DNA of 64,000 nt from assembly GCA_050084985.1 (NCBI GenBank), contig JBITNC010000001.1:153078001-153142000 (forward strand). Direction: 5' to 3'. Below the pieces are notes generated by a model. That model worked only from the letters and a program-made list of their open reading frames with translations, searched no databases and had not been told where the DNA came from. The DNA is from Nageia nagi. Taxonomy: Eukaryota > Plantae > Pinophyta. Below, piece after piece: positions 52,021 to 64,000 of the stretch. The stretch's first letter is position 1. Each line of letters begins with the position of its first letter. The position numbers were made by a program, and so were the translations under genes.

Positions 52021-54571
52021 ACTTCTTGGTCATGTTGGCTTTATACATTCACAAGTTTGCATGCAATGGTTATGATTTGATTCTAAAAATACCAAATAAA
52101 CTCATGAAATACAATAAGAGGTTCAGTAGCTCCTCATCAAGATTCTCCTTCTTCATCTCCTTTCAAAATGGAATCCTATTTGGCACCTTCCCCTTCTATT
52201 GAAAGATCTCAAAAAGCTTGCCCACATTCTCTACCTAAGAAAAATAACATAAATTTCAAATAAACCCACACTACTTTACTTTGTGATATCAAATATATGT
52301 GCATAGTGAAAAAATAAAATTAGTATCATTTTATTTTGTGATAACAAATATATGGATATAATGAAAAAAAAAATGATACTAGAGCTAGGAGAAGATTTCC
52401 AAGACTATGGAACGTTTCCTAGTACCTCTCCATAGTGAAATTTTCAATTTTCTTCTATAAAACCTTTGGTGTAATGTTGCTTCCTTTTCTTATTTTATCA
52501 AGGTTTGGTGGGAGTGGGAGTCTATATCTTTAGAGTGGGACACTTTGCAAAATTTTGGGTAGGCACCAAAGGTTTCAACATATCTGCCTAAGCTTGTTTG
52601 TTTTTTAGGGCAATTAAATTTAACTATGCATTTTAACTACCATTCAATCACATATTAAGAGAGTTTATTACTATTGTAAAGACACCTTACATAGTCAAGT
52701 ACAATGATGGTTTAACACCGCTAAAAAAAAATACCTTATATACCTAGATAAAATGATAGTTAAAAAGTGTTGTTAGATAACCATTGTAAATTAGTCATCA
52801 TTAAAGCTTGATATTATTGTTATGTAATTTAAATATCATAGATAAATCATTATATTTATTGTTATTATAAATGATTTTATTTTAATCCTTTTTTGTAAAC
52901 CCATTGCTTATAATTTTTTACTAAAAATCATAGGATTTTTTGAACCCTTACTTTTGTATGTCTTATTGGAAACCTTAAAAATTTTGTCAAAACCTAGAAG
53001 TCATCATGGTTAGTTTAGATTTCTTTGACAGATTTTGGAACTTAGTGTGTAATACCTTCATCCCTTCAAATGTATATATTATAGAAGAATAACCTATAAT
53101 AAAAAAAATTTGAATAAGTGTTGTTATTGATATACTAAAATAGAGGAAAAGGTTAAATAAAATACTTAATAGAGAAATAAAATTGAGAATGGAAAAAGCT
53201 ACTTATGATAATAATGATTATGATAATAAATACGCTAGCATCAATACATATGAGGATATCTTTAAGTTACTGTTTACACTTAATTTGGATATATAATATC
53301 CTAAGTTAATTATCATATTACTTAATTGGTAATATAATCTATTTTAATGTTATATCCAACATTATTTCAACTTAAGTTGAATTATATTCTATTCTCATGT
53401 TGTTTACCTTTTTACGTTGAAGGATCCCAATATCTCTTCTCTCGTTTAGGTATGCATTTTGATGGTTCTCTTTCCATAAAAGGTGATAACATAACATGAG
53501 GATAATATAAAAAATTTATCATGCTATTTATAATCAAATAAAAAAAAATATAAGGCATCTCTTAATATCACCTCTCAAGATTAGGATTTGGTTATCACAT
53601 GATCATTTTTCATTCATCTTTCAATACCATGTTCGATCAAGCTTATCACACTTTCTGTATTTCTTATAATATGGATTGAGAAGCCTAACATTGCAAGAAG
53701 AGTAGTATCAATTATATTCATGGCATTTGAGCTAGTTTGCAATATTATCCTCATTATTGAGTATTACATTCCAAGGTTCAACTCCCACAATAAGTTAAAT
53801 TTGAGTATATGAATGATCATCCAAGTAAAGTGATAATTATATCTCTCATGATCTCTTTTTCATAGTTCATAAATATGATCCAATAGTATAAGTACCATTC
53901 TTACCAATTTATATTTTTGTAGTACTTCAATTTATTATGTATTATTCATACATAGTTAATTCACATGATATTGAAGTTCATTCAATATTAATTTCCTAGA
54001 TTCATATAAGATATTTATTCATAAGTAGCTTAGAGGGTTAATTTTAAGCATCTGCATATTGGTGAATGTGATATTTTTTAGCTTTGAAAATATCAAAAAT
54101 AGGATTTAATAAAATGTCACAATGCTTTGTATTTGGAATATATTTACAAACTTATATACTCCTAAGCCATTTTGTGCTCTTGGAAATGAATATGTAAATT
54201 CATTTTGTAAGAAACATAATAATGAATGCAATCCTTCTAATCCCATGGAAAAAATATACAAAGAGGAAGGTGCTTAGTGTTGAAAGAAAAAAAAAATTGA
54301 AAGATTAAGGAAGCAATACCTATTACAAACAAATTAAATCTATGGCTTTTTATCTAGTTCAGAAGGAACAATCTTATCATGGAGGCATTGATGATGCCCA
54401 CTATAATGAAAAAATTCCTATCACTAGTTTAACAAGTTCAATAAAGAAATTAATATATAGAGAGGCTGAGACTAATAGAGAATCCTAAGATGAATAATTT
54501 TAGACACAATGAAATTAGAGGATGGATAATATTAATAAGAGAGAATTAAAAACTAAAACTTAATGACTTAG

Positions 54572-55645
54572 TGTTGAATATAAAATTGTAACCTAGGAGA
54601 TCCTATGATTCTCAAGTGTATTCTATGATCTAACAAGGGTTTTGAATTATTAGGTTAGTGGGATAGGGCATTCATGTGTGGATATCCCTACTCAATCTCC
54701 ATAGTATTCTAAATCCTTATGATATGAGGTTAAAGTGTAGGAAAGAGATAAATAATAGGAAATAAACAACTGAAGGAAAATGCAAAAAACAAGTATACAT
54801 GAAAGAAATACAAGAAATAAATACTAAAATTAAATAACTTAAAACAACTAAAACTAATTAAGCCCAGACACTATTGGATGAGGCTATAATCCATTTCTAA
54901 GTATAGGGAACAACAAATTGGCTAGCGTTAGGATTTTATGATTAAATCACAAAGCCACAAGTATAGTCATATGTATTTATACATCCAAAGATAATAAATT
55001 TGATAGCCATAAATAGTAGAGGGAAAGCTAATTATATTATATTCAAATATATGAATATATATGCACTATAAGGAGAGAGACAATGTTCAAATTCTAAGCC
55101 TTTGTTCACCTATTTACAGCTATTTATAGAAGAATTTACATAGTAAGGAGATAAGCTCTTGTGAAACCTACATAAGTACAAAATTCAATGCTTAACAAGC
55201 TTGATTGGTGGTTCAATGCTTAAGAAATTATAGTAGTTGGACTACTCTAAACATTTCATATTTGGGTGGCTAATACAACTATTATTGATGATCATTTCAG
55301 CTAGTAATTCCTCCATTTAGCAAATGGTTATGGATCTTTTATAGTAATATTTTGAAATGGCCTCATTTGTGTTTGGTCTTTGTTTAGATTTTGCTAATGA
55401 TTTTTGCAACTAGTGCCTATTGTAATGTACTTGTACTATTTTGTTATCTTGTATGCTATATGTACTACAATTTTAATAATTTTTTATTGGTCATTAGATA
55501 ACTACTTTGTTAGTGTGGATGGATCATGGCTCCTGAGTGATAAAGATTAGTATATGATTTATTTATGTTGATGCATCCAACTCCTAATTCCATGAGAATT
55601 TGTGTGTCAATATCAATCCATTAAAATAAGCATGGGGGTGCCACA
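54572..55645 (-). mobile_element. Probable LTR (~1.1 kb)
   Basis: TGTTGA at 54572, GGGGGTGCCACA at 55634-55645 and TATAAATAG on minus at ~55119-55127. No clean TSD. Confidence 0.4.
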
Positions 55646-55649
55646 TCCT

Positions 55650-58600
55650 AGATTTTATGCATCCAAGTATTGGTGCAAGTGTTGTATACTTGGTCATAGT
55701 CCTTTTAACACCTTCAGGTCTTATATGCTATTTTATATTTGGTAACTAATTACTACAACTACTAATATTGGGGACTTTTTTATGGGGTGTTGATTTCATG
55801 CTTAAAAATTCCCTCAATTCTATTCGCATCTTGTCCCTTTCTTTGTTACCATATGATCTTTTATTTTAAGGGCTTATATGTTTGAGAGCTATTAGTCACC
55901 AAGATATCATCAATATATAAAATTCTCTAGGATGTATATGCTACTAGCTTTGTCACTTATAATTTGATTCTTTTACAATCAAGAAGAGAGAAATTGTTGA
56001 AAATCTCTTAAGTTCTACTATTGACCACTATCTGCTTCTAGATTTTAGAGATTTTAGAGTTGGGAATGACTTCTTTTAATAAAATCTATTCAGCTCTACT
56101 ATCAACCACTTTCTCTTTCTCTTCAATATTTGGGTCTTATAGATTTTGAGGCATTCAAATTCAAGGATGATGTCACTCATCAAAATATCCTTAAATCTTG
56201 ATTCTTGAAATACTTTATAAACTTTTACACCTAGTCTTCAATAACTATTGGACCTTGGCTACTAGGTTTCATATAATAATATATTCTAACTATCAATAAT
56301 TAAATAAAATGTTACATTTTTTATAAAAGGTAAATAAAAGTTAAGTAGATGAAGAAAGAATGGGGAGATATCAAAATTAGAAGGAGTGATAAAGTTATCA
56401 TTAAAAAATTATGTAACAGAACATTTTTAGGTGGCTCTCTAGGGACCTCATCCTAAACATCTTCATCATATCTTCCACCTGATCTTTTATATATACTACA
56501 ATGGAATATGAAATGTGGCCTTAATAGAAATGTGACCTTAATAGGAATAAACATCTTCATGATCTCTTTCACCTCACCTTATGTATATACTAAGATGGAT
56601 TATGAATAATGTAGATGACATTGAAATTCACCAAAGGCAATTGAAATTATAGGAACATTCACTAACTATGGGATAAGATCTAGAGAAACATGATTTAGGC
56701 TCATCAAGTTGTTCACTTCCTTTGTTAAATTTTGTATTGATTTAAATGTTTAAATATTGCTCTTCAATTGTTGGACCCAACCTATGATTAACACTTAAAA
56801 CTTTCTTTCCTTCCAAAATGATGGCATAGTCACTTCATCTACATATGCTTGCTTTTTTGTTATATATTTTTTTTTAAGTCTAAAGATAGAAATTTTTTCT
56901 CACAACTCACTAAATAATTCCACCAGATATTGTATTTTTGTAATTTTTTAGGAGTAATGTTTGCTTGGAATCCTATGAAAATTGGGCTATCTCCTCTACC
57001 ATGGCTAATGTTGCCTATTCTTTTACTTTATTTATTTCATCTAAACCTATTTCTAATTTTCATTAATTTTGGTATCTTGGTTTCTAGAACATTAACTAAT
57101 ATACTCTTTGAATCATCTATAATGTCAATTAAATACTAATTGCCCTTATTTAGAGAGGCTTTTATTTCTTCCTTCTATTGTAGCTCTTTCTTTAGCTTCT
57201 CTACCTTCCATTGCTAGCCTTTGCTAGCTTCTTCATTAGCTCTTCCTCCTAGGATTTAGGATTTGTTAACTCTTTGTTAGTTTCCTTGAGTAGTACTCTA
57301 TCTTTTTTCAATTTTGTGTTCCTTTTTTTTATCAACAACATTCATTTTTTCTCTTAAGCTTTGTTTTTCATCTTCTACAACTTTAACATTTTTCATCAAG
57401 ATCTTATTTTCACTTTTTTATTTAACCATATTATTTGATAGGGAAAAAAATTTTGCCTTACAAATTTCTAAATTTCATTCCACCCTATCCACTATCAAAA
57501 TTGAGTGTTCTCTTTGGTCATAAATAGGGGCCTTATCCTTGTGATCTTCAATGATTATGGGATCCAATTGCTTTTCCATCAGTGTGCCTTGCATTGACAC
57601 AATACTCATTTGTAGCACTCCTCCTTCACTTAAACTACTCATAACCTATACTTAACTCTCTAGTAGTTTTGGCTTTTCAATTATTTTCTTTGACCAATCA
57701 AACATTTTTGCAATATTTGAAAATATAGTCATGTGATCTCCTATAATTATCTTATGCACAACTAGTTTTTTGTTAGGTCCTAAAACATCTATTGTAGGAG
57801 GCAAGGAGCTCCCCATTATCATCCTTTATGTATATTCTATTATTTTCTCAACATGTGAGGATTGTTTATCTAATCCTTTATTAATGCCTTCATCCATTGG
57901 ATGATTGGAGTCACCACTCTTCTTTTCTTCTCCTTTAACTCATACTTTTGGCCTTCCAAATTCTAAGTTCTTCTTACCCTTGTGTTTTGATCCTGCAACA
58001 TGGTGCCTAGGTTCTAACTACTTCAAGACATGTTCTTTGGAGGAGATGGTATACTTGTTTCTAGGGATACTCATGGATTTTGTTAAATCAAGCCACTAGA
58101 TTATTCCTTTAGAATTTTTAGCCTTATAATTTTATTTTTTTCCAATGCTTGTAATGTAGCCTCTTGTGGGTTTGTATTCTTAGTTTCTCTTCATTCTTGG
58201 CTCTTTTTACCTAAACCCCTTGGATTTTTAGTATTAGGCCCTAGAAATTATTATTTGATCTTTTTTCACAAATTTTTCATTTTATCTGCAATATTTCCTC
58301 TCTTGGTCATTTCCTTTTTTTTTTGGCTAAGATTTCTTTCCAAGAGGACTTTTTTCTTATCTTTTGTTTCTTGGGATTTTTTTCCTTCTCTTCTTCTTCA
58401 TTCTTTGAATCTTAATGATTATTATTGGGCATAATATCCTTCATAGAATCTTCTTCATATGCTTTTTCCAATATTTTATCTCCCATGAATCTACCAAACT
58501 TAATAGATTTTAGGTTTTTTAATGTGCATGCTTCATATTTTAAGTGAGTGAAAAAATTGACCTAGGTGGAAGTCTATCTCATAACTTATAACTCATTCTC

Positions 58601-60140
58601 CAAAGTAGGAGTGAGAAAAAATTCCTTCATCTTGGTGCTCCATTACTTTTTATTTGGATACTACTCTAGGTTTATTAGATTGAAGTTAAAATATTTACAA
58701 ATATTAGCTTGTTCCTCTTTCATATAAGTAAACATATCCAAATAAGGTTTTTCTTCATGCTTAAACATAGGATGTTTATTATTTCCCATAACTATTTTGG
58801 CTATGGTGCCTAGCTTATCATGAAAAGTGCATGGAATATCCATTATTTGTAATTGGAATTCTTCGATCATATATACCTTAATACTATCATAATATTGTCC
58901 CATAACTTATAATATTATCATTAACATTGGACATAGGTACTTCATAAACCCTCTCAAATAGCTTGCATCTCCCCATACTGCTTCTCATTGATCTATTTGT
59001 TTGGAACATTCTAGTACATAGACCTACCTTGTTACATAGGCAAAATAAGTGTTGGGGTGTATGAAAACCCATATATAAAAATAATCATTATGGTCTTCAT
59101 CAAATACTATTCTCCTAATTCCACTTCTTTTTTCTACAAGTATAACTTAGACTTCTTATAAAGTCTAGGAAGTGGTAATCTAGGGCCAAAGTCAGTCTAC
59201 AAACTTATAATAAGATTTTTTATTATTTTTTCCTAACATATGACATCTACGATCAATTCATTGTCTTTGAATTGGATGATTTACAATTACTCTTGGAAAT
59301 ACAAAAGGATTCTGATATAGATCTAACCATACTAGATATATTGAATAGTGTAATTCTTCTCCTTTGTTGATCCTTTCTAATTTGTAATAAATTCCTCTTA
59401 AAATGACTTTTACCTAATCAAAGTAGAAGTTCCCTTACTTTATCACTCAGGTAAGAGATAACATTGCATGGGCCACCCATATTTTTTATTTCTTACCTAG
59501 CACAATACTCAATGCAACAAGTACTTCTTAGTTGCATGTGTATTTGAAGCTATTAGTCATAAGGTTCTTTGATATCACCTTGAATCTTTCCTTATACTAG
59601 TCTGTTAAAAATTCCATGACTTCATCATAATTAGTAGTCCAGCATTTGTATTTCTATCCCTCCATAAGTATTATGCTAAAAAGTCTTCATTGATAGCTTT
59701 TGGGGAGTAATTAATGAGTATTTTATCTCCTTATAGAGAATAACCCATTATTTGGGTTGAGTTATTATACATTCTCTCAGTCCTTTACTCTACTAGCCCA
59801 AGAAATTGGATGTATAGAAATGAATATAGTATGCCAAACTAGAATGAATGATAGAAAAATATTTTAGTCTATCATTTTCATTCATATTTCCAAAAGCAAT
59901 TTAATATGCATTACTCATCCATTCTCCATGAATTAAACTTTTCCTTCTTTAGTAATTATGGTGTTTCTTCATTATAATCATAATTTCTTATTTTTATATA
60001 TATAGCGATAATCATAATAAGGATGATGATAAATAATATTTATAATGATAATAAATTATATAATAATTAGAAAGATAAAAAATTATATGATAATTAGCAT
60101 GAATATTGCATAAAAAACCCTTGTGAAACCCTAAAGAAGT
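55650..60140 (-). mobile_element. Second copy of the Athila/Tat-like extra-ORF region
   Basis: 56255-60140 is collinear (~80%) with 10388-13335 plus 18455-19150. It shows the empty site of the copia insertion at ~59450-59460. Confidence 0.8.
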
Positions 60141-60887
60141 CAGGGATCTCCATTATAATGACCCACTTAATGACTCTTATTGTGACCATGATGACCTGAT
60201 GAGGATTTGAATTAAATTCAAGATTATTTAAATTATTAAATAGATTATGAATGGTTTTACACATAATTTGTGTGAATTTGATGTTGTCTTTGAGGATGTG
60301 GTGACACAGGTTACAAGTTGACTCATCATGGGAGTCAAGCTGGAGACCCTTGGGAACCAAAGATGAGTAGGTTATGGGAACATATTAGTAAGAGTGGGAA
60401 AATTATTGGCATTGAATTATTGATAGCCACAAGGACCTTCCTATATCATATAGATTCATATATTAATTATTGTGTATATTATTTTATTTTGATGTTGTGT
60501 ATAGTGCTTATGTGTATATATGCATTGATAAATTTATCTTACAAGATGAGTGGTATCAACAGGTAAGCATGTGTGTTAAAATATGATATGCATTCTAGAA
60601 TTTGCTTAGGAAATCAATTGATTATTTTTTAATGATGCAAGGAATATTCCAATTATTTGAATTTAAATTTTCACCAAAGAATTTTAGTAAATTTAGGTGA
60701 AAATAAAAATCTAGGGTTAACAGGACTATTTTTCATTTTAAGGAGGTTGCAAGGTCATTTTGGGATTTTTCAAAAATAATAGAGAGGTTACCCCTACACA
60801 AGTTATTTTCTTATCTTAGGTGTATGAAATTATTATAAATATTTTGTAGCCTAATATGAAGTTTATAAAGTATTTTGTAGGATATAA

Positions 60888-62996
60888 TGTTGAACTTCAT
60901 GTGACATTGAGAGGCGGGGTGAATCAGTGTGTCTAAAAACTAAATGCAAATTTTTCACTTTTGAAATCAAGGAGATGCAAAATTGAAATCAAATGAGCAA
61001 TCACATAAGAAACAACAAATAATATAAGATATAACAAGGTTCACTAGTTTGGCTACATCCTTGGAAATGACTACTTGGACTCCAATCCAAATCTAGCCAT
61101 AAAAATATTATAATAATTTGTAGCACCCACTACAAGGAATAGCATAAACTAACCTATTATTCTAGAGCACCAACTACAAGGAGCAATGACTCCTCTCGTG
61201 AAGCACCCACTTGACAAATTCAAACAAAGAATATAAAGGATGGATTATAGTTCACACAAGATCCTGAATCATCTAGCTTAAAATACTATCTCTACTCATT
61301 TTTGTATTTTCTCACTTTGTCTCCACTTTACTTCACACACACTTAATTATTTGTACACACACACTTCTCACACTAGTCTAGAAAAATATGAAACGGATAT
61401 GGAATACCCAAAATATTAACCTTTGCCTTGTCACAAAGAATAATTGAAGCCTATTACTGATAAGATGCTTTTGACTCATTGAATATGTTGCTCCATGAAT
61501 ATGATACCAATACCATGTACACAAGTAAACTAACTACCAAGCTGTGCATATTAAAGAAAACTTTCAAGCATTGACACAATTTTGAATATCAAGAGACTAG
61601 ATTAGTTACTTCTTCCATCTAAAACATCTTATTTCCAAAGGTGTTACCACCAAATCTATAACTTCAACTATTCAATTCATACTAACTCACTCTGCACACT
61701 TATAAGCTAAAAATGCGCCAAAATGGACTAAGAAACTATTGCTAAAAATACTAGAGGGAATATTTCTCACACATTGCTTTAGATAATACTACACTGCCAA
61801 CACACAAACCTAGAAAAAATCAAAATATTATAGAATTGGTTCATGAAAATACATCAGTTGGATCTAAAATGCATGTTCCAAGTTTGTATGACATGAAATG
61901 GTATTACAACTTTTGCATAAGTATCAAATGACCTCTAATAACTTGTATTTATTTTAGATATTCTCAAATGGAAAATAGTTTTCAAAAGAGACACCATATC
62001 ATAAAAAACCTCCAATCTAAAAAATAGGAGTTCTATTTCTTTTAATAAGAAATAAAATTTTATTCTAAAAAACTTTTTCACCCAATAGTCAAACTTAGTC
62101 CAAAATTATTTAGCTACATGTCACTTGAAGAGAGAAAATAATTACACATAATAAGGATGCCTCAAAGAATCTGCCAACTATCATAACTAGACTAGATGCA
62201 TTTCATCAAAAATTTCACAAGTTTCTTAAAAAACCATAGCAAGCATTTTGTCAAACATTTCATTACCATAACTAGGCTAAACACTTAGCAAAAATTTTGT
62301 CTATCATTTCATGAAACACATACTAGGTATCCTCATTCACCGGCTTCTAGACCTTGGATTGATATGAAAAAAAAACCAAAGTTGTGAGATTTTTTATGTT
62401 GATTACAAATATATAACTATAAATCAAATATCTTAATGTAAAATCATGTAATTCCACTTTTTCTTTGCTATCCCAAAAAGTGCACCAAACTAGAAAAAGT
62501 TACTAAGTGGCATTTTTTAACTTGTACCATTTATGTTTCATTTTCCACCTTGATCTAAAATTTGGACCACATATTCATGGTATATATTAATATATATGTT
62601 CTAAATTTAATCCTCTAAATCATCACCATTTTCTTATAATTTGACTTGGATGAAGCCAACTTCACCTAGATTTCTAACTTCTCCAAAATCCACAACAATG
62701 CCCAAAAATGAACCAACATGAAATTTGACCATTCTAATGCTGCATACAAGTTTGTTATCAACCTAACAACTAATACAAAGTATATATAGTTTTTTTTCAC
62801 CTTCCATTTGCATATTGGCCCCCTTGATATCTTTTGGTAACTCATGACAACTTTTGGTCCCTTTGTCGTTTTCATGTTTGACAACTTTTCAAATCTTGTT
62901 GACATCATTCTTGTGATATTTGTAATCCTGGAAACCTTATGCACACTAATCATATTGTGTTGATAAAAATAAAACACTATTACACTGTACTCAACA
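60888..62996 (-). mobile_element. Solo LTR (2109 bp), Sirevirus/Maximus-like copia
   Basis: TGTTGA...TCAACA terminal inverted repeat with perfect TSD TATAA (60883-60887 and 62997-63001). C-rich TGATTCACCCCGCCTCTC on minus near the 3' end (60909-60926). Confidence 0.85.
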
Positions 62997-63251
62997 TATA
63001 AGACTTAGAAACAAAATTGTCTAAGTCCTACCATAAAAAAATAAAATTGCTACACCTTACAAACAACAATATATGAGTTGGTTAAATAGACACATTTCTT
63101 GGATATATTATATCAACCTTTGGCTATAAATACCTTGAGATCCTTATGTAAAATACATCTTTCCCTCATATTGGCTTTGGGTCCCATGAGAAAAGGGTTC
63201 CTTCCTTTTCAATTGTCCAATTAGAATATCTAGGTTCTCTCCCTCAAAAAT

Positions 63252-64000
63252 TGTAGCCCTTAAATGCTAAAATTTTAGTTTTTGAGATTTAAGTCCTTGA
63301 GGAATAATATTAAATATTATTATTTATTGGAGGATAAGATGTGATGTATTTGTACTATTAGAATGTATAATGCATTATTGTAAAGGTTTTGTAATAATTC
63401 TCTTCGTAAATTCACTAATACTTAATAGTATCATTAGATACCTTAAGTATTTAAATGAATATGATAATGTAACTTCTCCTAGATTCCATCTCATAAGCAT
63501 GGCCCTTGGGTAAAAGGGAGTAGCATGTCATGGCTTTGTACAATGGTTAATAGGGTGATACAAAAGAAGATTTTGGCCTATAAATATAAATCCCCCTCTT
63601 TGTGATCACTCACCAATTTTTGAAGCAAATTTATGGTCTAGGATAGTGTTTAGAAGATGAAGTTAGGAGAATTGTAAGAGAGTCTTCTTTGTGAATGAAA
63701 TAGGATCTTCTTAGTGTGAGCTTCCATGTGATATTTGAATTTTTAGATTTTATTAGTTATAGTTCAATCCCTTCATTTGGTATCATAGCTACTTGGAAGC
63801 TCCTCTTCACATCATTGGTTTGGAAACTCATCTTCAACTTGGAGGTCTTCATTCTTAAACCTACTTTTCATTGTGAGGTAAACTCAAGAGAAGGTATAAA
63901 ATCCTCCATTCTTGATTTTTTTTGTATTATTTCATAAGTGGTACTAACATATTTTTTTATATGTGTTAGTTCATTTTTAAAAATTATACTTAAAATGATG
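63252..64000 (+). mobile_element. Probable LTR 5' part running off the window
   Basis: Starts TGTAGCCC; CCTATAAATA TATA box at ~63577-63586. No second copy is available to confirm. Confidence 0.4.

Noticed and set aside
52050-54540. Possible additional TE or gene remnants
   Set aside because: I could not recognise any diagnostic motif or terminus; left unannotated.

Overview
This is eukaryotic, AT-rich plant nuclear DNA with very strong CpG/CHG depletion. The repeat families and the style of the PLS-PPR repeats point to a conifer, probably Cupressaceae/Taxaceae (inference). Most of the window is nested, decayed retroelements: two copies of a ~4.5-5 kb Tekay/Del-type LTR, an Athila/Tat-like element with a large extra ORF (two copies), a full-length Ty1/copia, a full-length CRM-type chromovirus, a Reina-like remnant, a LINE 3' fragment and a Sirevirus-like solo LTR with a perfect TSD. 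There is also a scrambled PPR pseudogene array at 46.7-52 kb. Only one conventional host gene is recognisable: a 5-exon LAZY/IGT-family gene on the minus strand (38593-40318), with a frameshift at the IGT motif and a premature stop. The most unusual signal is that both large LTRs carry unrelated 'cargo' at the same internal slot downstream of the LTR TATA box. One copy holds a ~1 kb CpG-retaining non-coding island with a miR390-like site and a tasiARF-like sequence; the other holds an antisense PPR fragment. This suggests, as a hypothesis, LTR-promoted TAS/PHAS-like small-RNA precursors. All alignments, counts and identities were done by eye and are approximate.
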